The translations under genes were made by a program, and so were the position numbers. The notes beneath the pieces are model-generated. The model was not told the DNA's origin, ran no database searches, and saw nothing but the letters and a program-made list of their open reading frames with translations. Below are positions 38,371-48,598 of a stretch of 64,000 nucleotides of DNA, piece after piece (position 1 is the stretch's first letter; every line of letters begins with the position of its first letter). The DNA is from Rhynchobatus australiae (Eukaryota): positions 71,566,583 to 71,630,582 of the forward strand of contig JAUZTB010000087.1 in assembly GCA_034780895.1 (NCBI GenBank), in the 5' to 3' direction.

Positions 38371-39382
38371 ATTTTGATATTCACAAGGGAAGCTCATGTT
38401 ACAAGCCTATTGAGAACAAACTGAAATTATCTATGATGACTTTTCCTCAGCAGAAAACCCACTAAACTGAAAGCTCTTTGAATTGTTTTATTTTAAATGA
38501 ATGCAAGATGCTGCTTCACAATCAACAGTCTGTTTGCTGGTTTGATACCAGCAAAGAGAATGTGCATCTGTTGTGGGAGGACAGGGAAAGGGAAGCATAT
38601 CAGAGGCACGTGGCGTAATTGCTAGTTACCCCCAACCCCACCGACTGCACAATTAAACCGTCAGGAAATTCTACTGTGCTCGTTTTTTTTAAATGCAAAC
38701 TTCAAAGACATCAGATAAATGAAGAGCGGTAACTTCCGTTTTCTGAGCACCATCTACGAACACCCATATACAGCAGACAATTCAAGGCAAGCAAACAAGT
38801 AGTCCGTCCCTATTGAAAGGCGTTTTAACTTTTGGAGTCAAGCAATAGGAATCAAAACTAACCAAACCAATATTGCCGAATACTACAGAAATGTCTTAGA
38901 CGCTGCCTGTACTTAAAAAAAAGAAAAAAAATCAATATTTCTGCAGAATGGGAAGCAAGGGTAAGTAGTATTATTACCGCTATCTCATAAACCACTGAAA
39001 TCAAGACTCCTGGTGTTCGGATTGTCTACCAGTGACATTCAATAAACGAAATCTTCAATTATCGTATAATCTATCACCCTGCTCTCATTTACACACTCTT
39101 CCACACCCTCTGTCAAATTCGGTGCTTGGCAATTTAGGGCAATTCAATGGCACCATTAAACGATGATTCTATCAATCACAGAAAAATAATATGGGCCTTT
39201 CTGAAAATTATGCATCGTTTCTTCAAAGCTCTCACTTCTTAATAATAGACCTGGCTGTCTCCCCGAGCTGTTTTGCAATGCGTCCCACAGATTTCTGCGG
39301 GACGGGTATTTTCACAAGCCAATGCTGCACAGGATAGTGTCCACTACGGACAGCGTACATAGTCTGAATGGTGCACACTTAC

Positions 39383-39423
39383 CCCGAGAGCTTTGCGATC
39401 TTCACAAAGCTAAACACATCCAT
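39383..39423 (-). CDS. FRMPD4: First coding exon (41 bp, phase-2 intron) of FERM and PDZ domain-containing protein 4 (Preso1)
   Basis: Minus strand reads ATG GAT GTG TTT AGC TTT GTG AAG ATC GCA AAG CTC TCG GG|GTAAGT = [13 protein letters not shown](G), matching the N-terminus I recall for vertebrate FRMPD4 ([22 protein letters not shown]...). Consensus donor GTAAGT at 39382-39377; lies in the CpG-rich zone. Confidence 0.93.
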
Positions 39424-40100
39424 GCATGCAGGAGGCTCTTTAGCTCTTACTTCAGCTCCATACTGCGCCTCTATTCAACTAGGTTCGGGCTACATACGGA
39501 AAGGAAAGCTTCCTTTTCTCTTGCTCTGAGATTCGTGCCTCTATTCCACTCCAGGTTTAGGCAGCATTGGTTTCTCTACAAAATATTGTGCTACAGAAAG
39601 CAAGTGTTCCAATTCTCCCCTCCCCTGCCCACAGCCAGCACCACACCGCTACCATTGGCCCTTACAAGACACTCTCAGTCAAATTTCATCACGCCGGAAT
39701 AATGAGCAGGAGCGGCACAGGCAGCGGCTCCGGGGAAACGTAAATCACTGCTGGTGGGTGTCTTAAGCTCATCTCGCGTTCGGCCGGCTGGAGGCAAACG
39801 CTTCTCTTCCCCCGTTTCCATCAGACGGTGCTGGATGACAAATGAAAGAGGCAGTGGCAGCAGGATTATGACAGAACAAAAAAACAAATGGGTGCAATTA
39901 CAGCGCTTCAGTCCGAAAGGCGTTGTTTTTGGCAGGCACACTCCCTTTCTCTTGGCTCTGGGGTTTCCTGCGTTAAATCGAACATTTTAACTTCGGAGGC
40001 TGTTCGCTACCCAACGAAAATCACCATACCTTTTCCCACCAAGTGTAACCCTGTGAGTTGTTATGGCAACTGAATATCCATGGTTTAAATCAGTACAGGT
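39424..40100 (-). promoter_or_regulatory. FRMPD4 5' leader and proximal promoter (CpG-enriched)
   Basis: CpG cluster at about 39690-39830 (gcggcacaggcagcggctccgggg, tcgcgttcggccggc) in an otherwise CpG-depleted window; no recognisable repeats; directly upstream of the ATG. TSS not determinable. Confidence 0.7.
40057..40070. promoter_or_regulatory. RFX X-box-like motif
   Basis: GTTGTTATGGCAAC vs consensus GTTRCCATGGYAAC; right half perfect; inside the promoter zone. Confidence 0.4.
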
Positions 40101-40518
40101 GGACCTACTTCCCTGGAAGTGTGCCTGAACCTTTGTAGAGTTTCAGTTGGCAATCTCATGGTGTTCCTTTTATTAAGGATTGCAAAAGCATGCAGGTAAC
40201 AACAAAGAGGCTAAAATAAACCTTCATTTTCCAGCAACTTTACTTATAAATCTGGATATTTTCCTCTCTTTGATGACTTAATAAGGGAAAAGAGCACCCC
40301 ATTAAATCAGTATCAAGAAGCTAACATTATCTTTGTCCACTGTAAAACAGATGCAATTTAAGTTATTTTTTTGTATTTATTCATGGGGACTCGAGTTGTT
40401 TCCAAATACTTTCAGAGATGTTCAGTAAACACTGGTCGCTCACGCCCAGACCAACGTTCAGCTTTGTCGTTTATTCAAAGCCTGTCCAAGTTTGGGGAGC
40501 AGGTTTCAGAGAAAGGCA

Positions 40519-40590
40519 ATTGGAGTTTGGCGGGAGAGGGGGCGTGGCCCTTCTGCGGATCTGATATAAAGCCTCGGTGCACGTCAAATG
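40519..40590 (+). promoter_or_regulatory. Candidate divergent core promoter: inverted CCAAT, GC box, TATA, CRE-like
   Basis: ATTGG 40519-40523, GGGGCGTGGC 40539-40548, TATAAA 40565-40570, TGCACGTCA 40578-40586, in classical order on +. Confidence 0.4.
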
Positions 40591-40819
40591 CGGTTACCAG
40601 CAAAGGACAGTCATGCCTGTAGAAGAGCAAGGGAGGAATAAGTTTCAGGCAGAAGTGTCGCTGGCGGCTGTGAGGAAGCTGTAGCTAGTTATTTCCAAGC
40701 CTGCAGCTGAAACGTCTTAGACTGTGTGCATCTCTATACACACAGCTAAGAACCCCGGATTTTCATTTCGAGACCCTTTTTGGATCAGTTACTGATAGCC
40801 AACTAGTTAAACACTGTCT

Positions 40820-41962
40820 CTCATGGAGTAATAGAGCACCGAAACTTGGCCCAAATCGTCCATTGCAGATCATGATGCCCACCAAGCTAGCCCCATTTGC
40901 CCGTGTTTGGCCCATATCCCTCTGAACCTTCCCTATCCATGTACCTATCCAAATATCGTTATTGTACCTGCCTCAACCACTTCCTCTGGCAGCTCATTCT
41001 ATATTTGCACCACCTTCTGCGTGATGACATCGCCCCTCAGGTCCGTTTTAAATCTTTCATCTTAAATCTATGCTCTCTGGATTTTAGTTCCCCTTTTCAC
41101 CCTCTCTATAACCCTCATAATTTTTACACACCTCTATCAGGTCACCCCTCAATCTCCTATGTTCCAAGAAATAAAATCCAAGCCTGCCCAACCTCTCTCT
41201 ATAACTCAGGCCCTCGAGTCCTGGCAGCATCAATGTTGATCTTCTCTACATTCTTTCCAGTTTAATGATGCTATTCCCATAACAGGGTGACCAAATCTGT
41301 ACACAATACTTCAAGTGTGGTCTCGCCAATGTCTTGTACAACTGCAATATAATGTCCCAACTCCGATACTCAATGCCCTGACTGATGAAGGTCAGCTTGC
41401 CAAACAATTTTTTCACCACACTGTCCAGCTTTCGATGAACTATGTTCTTGTACTCCTCAGTCCCTCTGTTGCATTACACTCCCCAGGGCCCTACCATTCA
41501 CCGTATAAGTCCTACCCTGGCTTGATCTCCCAAAATGCAACAGTTTGCAATTATCTGAATTGAAAGCCATTTGCTATTCCACGGCCCACTTACCCAGCTT
41601 ATCAAGATCCCCTATAATTTTTGATAAACTTCTTCACTGTCTACGATACCACCTATTTTAATGTCATCTGCAAATTTACTAACCATGCCTTGTAAATTCA
41701 CATCCAAATCGTTTCTGTACATAACAAAAAACAAAGGTCCCAGTACTGACCCCTGTGGCACACCACTAGTCACAGGCCTCCAGTCGAGAAACAACCTTCG
41801 AACATCACTCTCTGTTTCCTACCATCAAGCCAATTATGAACCCAATTAGCCATCTCTCCCTGGATCCCATGCAATCTAACCTTCCAGACTAGCTTGTCAT
41901 GCGGGACCTTGTCAAAGGTCTTGCTCGGGTCTATATAGACAACATCCACTTCCCTACCCTCA
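40820..41962 (-). mobile_element. CR1 LINE (RT core to 3' end)
   Basis: WRPVTSGVPQGSVLGPLFFVMYRNDLD...VSKFADDIKIGG; CR1 tail at the left end. Confidence 0.95.
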
Positions 41963-42727
41963 GCTACCCCATGATGCAGGGCTGCCCACTTTGGAGAAAC
42001 GAACAGGAGTCATCTTAGATCTGTACAATTTAAACTTTCCACTGACATGTTGTATAAATGCTGACCGAGTGGGTTATGTCAGAATTTACCAGCTTGTCTG
42101 CTGTGAGCCATACACCTGAAGCAGAGAGTCCTGCCAGAAAATAAGAGTAAAAAGCTGTGCCTGCCTCAAGAAACAGCCTGTCTGTACTTTAATCCAAGTT
42201 CACCATCCTATTACAACTATTGCAACTGCTCTTGCTCCTTGAATTTATTTAGCTGAAATTGGTTCAGCTGAATTATAATTACAATGAGAAGAACTTTCAG
42301 GCAATCAACAATTAGAAATCACTGGTGGCTTGATTGCAGGTTTTCTCATACCTGGTGAATTTAGAAACTTCATAACTTATTAGGACTTTTGCAGTACACG
42401 AGGCCATTGGGCAGATTGTCTTTATATTTGGACCAGGGATATGTGCCATGGGAAATTAAATTGCTCAGAGAAATTTGTCCTGGTCTTACAAGAATCCACA
42501 GCTGCAGTGTGGAATGTTCAACAAGGTAGTGATGCTGGGAACAAGTAAAAACAAAGCTGAGCATTTTTCATAAGCAAAACTTACAGAAATTTGGCATTCA
42601 AACTTGAGCCACATTTATGGGCACAAGATCAGGAAGCCAGTTTTGAAGTGTCTGTGGATGTGCAAAAATTGGCTGAGGTATCCTAAACTGTGCAAGACCA
42701 TTTTCTGGGAATCAACGAGATACGGCA

Positions 42728-43014
42728 TCTTTATTAGTCGCACGTACATTGAAACACACAGTGAAATGCATCTTTTGCGTAGCGTGTTCTGGAGCAGCCT
42801 GCAAGTGTCGCCACGCTTCCAGTGCCAACATAGCAGGCTCACAACTTCCTAACCTGTACACTGTTGGAATGTGAGAGGAAACAGGAGCACCCAGAGGAAA
42901 CCCATGCAGACACTGGGAGAACGTACAATCTCCTTACAAACAGCAGCTGGAACTGAACCTGGGTCACTGGCGCTGTAATAGTGTTATGCTAACTGCTACA
43001 CGACTGTGCCTGCC
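42728..43014 (-). mobile_element. V-SINE, same subfamily as 22085-22350
   Basis: Reverse V-domain (ggaaacaggagcacccagaggaaacccatgcagacac) and matching tail. Confidence 0.88.
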
Positions 43015-43171
43015 ATACCTTTGCTCTTTCCAGAAATAATTCCTGGACTTTGGTAACATAGAATGAAGTGAAGATATGGGGTAGATATCACTGGGCAGAG
43101 GGACGAAAGCCAATCTAATTGGTTGAACTAAATGTGCTCTGTTGACGTCCTGTTTCCTCATAACTTTTACT

Positions 43172-43825
43172 TCTTAGGCTATCCCTCAGGATCTAGAATG
43201 ACCTGATTTCATTCAGGTTCACTGGGTTGTGAAGTGGCTGATGAATCCAGCGTGGGAACTGAAGACTCTTCCACAGATGGGACAAGAAGCTGCTGGTGAG
43301 GCAGATGAGTGGGTAATTTGTGGGGTGGTGCACTCCTTCTATCACTTAGCAGGGCTTCTGTGTGCCTGTAATGCATAGATTTTCAATATCATCCTGAATG
43401 CTCCTTCTCCACTTTGAACAGTNNNNNNNNNNNNNNNNNNNNNNNNNNNNNNNNNNNNNNNNNNNNNNNNNNNNNNNNNNNNNNNNNNNNNNNNNNNNNN
43501 NNNNNNNNNNNNNNNNNNNNNNAGATTTTCAATATCATCCTGAATGCTCCTTCTCCACTTTGAACAGTCATCGGCCAAGGATTCCCAGGATTAGGAGGGA
43601 ATGAGGCAATTTTTCAAGGAGGCTTTGAGCATGACCATAAATCTTTTCTTCTGTCCAGCTGGTAATCTTTTCCCGTAATAGAGCTCAGAATAGAGCATCT
43701 GTGTTGGGGGTCTAGAGTCAAGCATGCAGACAATGTGATTGCCCTACAGAGCTGACTGAGTGTAACTTAGGCTTAATGCTGGGGATGTTGGTCTGGGAGC
43801 AGACACAGGCATTGGCTCGTTTTTC
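43172..43825 (-). mobile_element. RTE LINE 3' fragment
   Basis: LADDCSKWRRSIQDDIEN; reverse of the RTE tail; spans a 100-N gap. Confidence 0.85.
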
Positions 43826-44228
43826 CTTATTACTGTTTTACTTCATTATTTAAAAATATTATCATTTCCAAACTAATTGTCCACCTATAATTATGTACAT
43901 ATGGAAGTGATCTTCAGGTAGGTGTTTGTCATAAGGTGTAGATTACTTAACCCTAAGATTCCGTAAGGAAAGATGCACAGTGAGATTAAAACCAATGAGT
44001 GACATGGTTTCTAATCAATTCCTCTTAAAATCAACATGTTTTCTTAATATCGAGAGTAGGTGTTTTTTTTAATCTCTATTGACTGTGCAAGCAGATCAAA
44101 TTGATAGAAACTGGACGGAGGCTCCCAGGTAGTTCCTGACGAGTACTTTTGTCTGCAGTTGCACACAAAACCTCAACCAGACTGACCTAAGTGTGATCCT
44201 GATCTCAGCCAGGGTGAAAGCAGATTTA

Positions 44229-44395
44229 GTGACACAGGAGATTGCAGAAGCGGGAATCTGGAGCCAAAAAAATAAACTCCAGGAGGAAATCCAGATGAAG
44301 GATTCAGATGAAGAGACTTGACCCGAAACATTGACTATCCATTTCCTTCCACAGATACTGCCTGACCCGCTGAGTTCCTCCAATGGTTTGGTTTT
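44229..44395 (+). mobile_element. 167-bp non-coding PLE-derived insertion with a 14-bp TSD
   Basis: Flanked by identical TGAAAGCAGATTTA at 44215-44228 and 44396-44409; contains cagatgaagagacttgacccgaaacattgact. Confidence 0.85.
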
Positions 44396-46609
44396 TGAAA
44401 GCAGATTTACCTTGTTGTCACTGAGCTGGGAAGGGTCAGTAAATCTGCCTGGGTTCCTCCTGCCCCTGGTTTAAATGCAATGAGTATTGCCGAAAATAGG
44501 TGCATCAGGTGAGGATAATATTCAGCTCAGCTGTGATTGGCAAAGTCTGCCAACAGTTTAGGATCACATATGGAGAGTGACCACATTAGTACAGCATTGG
44601 AAAACTGCCAGTGTCTGCATTGCATCAATCAACACCTTCTGAAATGGCACAGAGAAAATGAAGGGAAAAGTCTGTCCATCACTTTAGCTACAAGTCTCAC
44701 ACTTAACAACATCCTTTTTACCAGTACAAGCACTATGCATTCACCTCAGGTGCAAAACAAAAAGGAAATTCTGGGAGATTCTGCTTCTAACAGTTGGGTC
44801 TTATACAATAACAGATAGCCTGAGAAGAGGCAATCTGAAAGGAGACTGAGAAAAGTGATCAAAAGGCATCGAGACAGTTTTCCACATAATTAGTCTGAAA
44901 ATCAGCTTTGACAAACATCAGAAGTAGGTTTACAAATGTGCAATTCCAAGTTGGATCTTGTGGACTGCGTGCACAGTGGGAATTTGAGAGNNNNNNTTTG
45001 AACTTCACAAGCCTGAAAGAATTTCCCAATCGTTTACTGTAACAGACAGCAAGCTGTAGAGGTCTCTGACACCTGTAAACAAATTCCCAATATTGTGGCA
45101 CCTGGTGCAAAATACTGTGCCAGCAATGTGAATTTACAAAGTTGTCTCAATAGATTTGGAGGTATGAGAGCCTAATTGTTATGGACCAGCCAATGGCCTT
45201 TCCAAGTACAAATCCCAGCTGCTGTAGTGGGATATGAACTTGTATCCTGGATTATAATTAGTCCTTATGCCAACAATTTAACAGCAACTTCCCTTGTGCC
45301 ATCTTAGACTCTGAATGGGTTGGACTGAAATTGCTTGTCCTACTTTCTTGTCACTCATTTAGAACAAAATGGTATTGTATCATGGAGTAGTAGAATGAGA
45401 TTTCCATGAATGCTGTTCATTCATTGGTACTCCGGCGGCACAAATATATAAAATCTTTCATCATATTTTATATAAACATCATATTTTTCTAAGCAGATAA
45501 AGCTATTTAGACAGGCTTCTGCAGCTCCACAGAATTCTTGTCCATTTCCCATTATTAGAATCTCTTAACCTGGCATGAAATTCACAGGATCCCGATTTAA
45601 GCACAAAATCTCCTCATTGTTGATTGGCATTTTAATTGCTCAGTGTGTTAAGCAGGAACCCAGTCAACAGATCAGTTATCCATTGCATGCTTACGACTTC
45701 CTTCAAAAAAATATGTAACAGACAGCTGGCAGTTCCAAGGCTACAGTTCATACCTGATTAACAGCCTTCAGCTCTGTGCCAGCTGTTGATGCTGCACGTG
45801 ATCTATATGCATTCTGGAAAACACTAGATTTAACAAGGAATTTAGAAAAAGTTATTTACTGGCTTACATGATTATTGGTCCATTCATTGTACCACAACAA
45901 CAAGGTCAGTAGGGAAAATCTCATAAGGCAATTTCATGTTGTCTGTGTTCGTGATGTAATTGCCTGCTGTAGTTATTACTTTATATATTAGCAGCATTTA
46001 TACCTTGTGTTCTACTTGAACTATTTGAATTTTCTCACATGTACACTGGTACTTAGGGTGGAACTACCACACAACTTTTTGTGTTAAATATTGCGTGGCA
46101 TCGAAAAGCTCACTGTTAACTCAAACTGAATCTCTGTGTTACTCCATCCACTTACTGAAAATTTAAACAGCTAACACCATTGAATCTATTAATCCACAGC
46201 TACCAGCAACTTCAGAGCAGACCCATCAAATTGCTGAGAAGTCAAGCAATAAACAAACACGTCACAAGATATAAACTGAGGAAGCAAAAGATAAAACTGT
46301 AGGCAATCAAAATCTCAAATGGATATACAGATAGTTTCTCAGTATCAGGAAAAGGATTAAATTAATGTAGTACCTGAAGAATCTTCCAGAGAATTAAGTG
46401 GGATGTAGAGGAGGAGTCGGGGAAGATAGTTCCATTCTGCTCCTCCACCTCATATGCAAGAACACAGAGAAAAGGAGTTTGTGCCATTTTCCTAGAGTCC
46501 CCATGGAGCTTCCTTCAGAGGATGAGTGTCAAGAATTTACATTTAGATACCACTTGGCATTTCATTAGAGAAATTATTGAACAATGTATGATCTATAAGT
46601 ACTCATCAG

Positions 46610-46955
46610 GGGAAATGACTAGAAGCTTAGCCAAAGAGCAGGAAATGTTTTAGAGGAGAATGTGTGCTGTTAGGGCCTTGGCAGCTAAAAGCATGACCAG
46701 CATTGGTGAAGTGATTCAAGTCAGGGATACATGAGGGACCAACAATGGAGAGGCAGGGATACCTCAGAGGGTGGTAGGGTTTGATGAGAGAACATAGACA
46801 GCAAATGAGCAAGGCCACGGAGGAATTTGAAAACAATGAGAACTTCGAAACTGGGATGATGCTGGACCAGTGGCCAATGTAGGGATGCAAACATGGATAG
46901 TATATGAATAGGGCTTCCTGTGAGTTAGAATATGAGCAACATAATTCTGGGTGAA
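46610..46955 (-). mobile_element. L2 LINE 3' part
   Basis: Reverse strand has ctacattggccactgg, a ggccatgccttcagc-like segment and ctctttggctaagctt, typical of the L2 end. Confidence 0.7.
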
Positions 46956-47857
46956 TTTCTCTGGAACATTCGCCTATTATTTTTTTGTTTGTGATTAAAC
47001 TCCTGAATAAGAACAGATGACAAATCACAAAAATATGCTCTACTGTTCTATCACCTTTCTGGTGAATGCACTTAAATCAAAGCAATTACAGTGTTCTCTT
47101 TTTTTTCCCTCTGTACGCAGCACAAAATGAGCAAACCAAACTGAATATCAAAGGGTCAGTCAGACTTGACTCATAGAAGACAACTAAATGACAATGACCA
47201 AATACTTGAAAAACTAACAANNNNNNNNNNNNNNNNNNNNNNNNNNNNNNNNNNNNNNNNNNNNNNNNNNNNNNNNNNNNNNNNNNNNNNNNNNNNNNNN
47301 NNNNNNNNNNNNNNNNNNNNNNNNNNNNNNNNNNNNNNNNNNNNNNNNNNNNNNNNNNNNNNNNNNNNNNNNNNNNNNNNNNNNNNNNNNNNNNNNNNNN
47401 NNNNNNNNNNNNNNNNNNNNNNNNNNNNNNNNNNNNNNNNNNNNNNNNNNNNNNNNNNNNNNNNNNNNNNNNNNNNNNNNNNNNNNNNNNNNNNNNNNNN
47501 NNNNNNNNNNNNNNNNNNNNNNNNNNNNNNNNNNNNNNNNNNNNNNNNNNNNNNNNNNNNNNNNNNNNNNNNNNNNNNNNNNNNNNNNNNNNNNNNNNNN
47601 NNNNNNNNNNNNNNNNNNNNNNNNNNNNNNNNNNNNNNNNNNNNNNNNNNNNNNNNNNNNNNNNNNNNNNNNNNNNNNNNNNNNNNNNNNNNNNNNNNNN
47701 NNNNNNNNNNNNNNNNNNNNNNNNNNNNNNNNNNNNNNNNNNNNNNNNNNNNNNNNNNNNNNNNNNNNNNNNNNNNNNNNNNNNNNNNNNNNNNNNNNNN
47801 NNNNNNNNNNNNNNNNNNNNNNNNNNNNNNNNNNNNNNNNNNNNNNNNNNNNNNNNT

Positions 47858-48095
47858 TCCTTTCGTCACTCAACATACCTTTCCTGTTACCCTCCCTCAT
47901 GCCTTCCTTTTTGTTCTTTGCTCCCCTCCCCCCCTTTCACAGTATCTTAAAACTTCCTCAATTCTAACTTTTTCCAGTTGTCCTGAAAAGTTACTGACCT
48001 GAAGCGCTAGCTCTATTTCTCCCTCCACAGAGAAAGCCTGGCCTTGAGTATCTTCAGCATTTCATGATTTTTGTTTTCAGCTATCCAGCAGATGT
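47858..48095 (+). mobile_element. PLE pLTR remnant
   Basis: Pyrimidine-rich pLTR body, then ctgacctgaagcgctagctctatttctccctccacaga...ttcagcattt. Confidence 0.7.
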
Positions 48096-48409
48096 GGACA
48101 TACATGTTCATGATTGACATAATGATTGGCAATCCAACTGTGCCATAACTTGGCTTGAAGTCTTTTCCCTTTTAACCGATGTGTATCAGTGTGATCCGTT
48201 ATAGAACACAAATAATAACAAATTTGTTTTTATTTTGGCCTTTAGTGACGAGGACGGTCATTGTCCAAGTAATTCAGATAACAGTGTTTAAAAACAGTAA
48301 CTCAAATTTTGTGAAAGAAATTCATTGCAGGGGAGGTGGACTTCAACAGGGGTTCCCTATTCTCCCGCTGTAACTTTGGTGGAATATTAACAGAAACACT
48401 GCACCTTAT

Positions 48410-48598
48410 GTGCAAGGTCAGTGAGTGCATTCAAAACCAAGCTCAAAAGATTTCTGGATATTAAAGAAATGAAGGGATGTGGAGATAGTGATAGAAAATG
48501 ATGCTGAGGTAGATGATCAGATATGATCTTAATGAATGGCAGAGCAGGCTGGAAGGACGAAATGGCCCACTCCTGCTCCTATTTCATATGTTATTATG
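48410..48598 (+). mobile_element. CR1 LINE tail
   Basis: gaatggcagagcaggctggaaggacgaaatggcccactcctgctcctatttcatatgtt. Confidence 0.85.

Larger units (their letters stand above)
1..39382 (-). other. FRMPD4: FRMPD4 intron 1 (continues past the left edge)
   Basis: Donor at 39382; I found no exon-2 peptide ([11 protein letters not shown].../WW domain) to the left; a very long first intron is known in mammalian FRMPD4. Confidence 0.8.

Noticed and set aside
38947-38960. 14-nt + strand micro-exon (cag|...|gtaagt)
   Set aside because: Preceded by an A-tract rather than a polypyrimidine tract; antisense to FRMPD4 with no other support.
43377-43568. Perfect 46-bp direct repeat flanking an N-run
   Set aside because: The N-run is exactly 100 nt (43423-43522) and the copies are the two contig ends inside one RTE element: an assembly overlap artefact.
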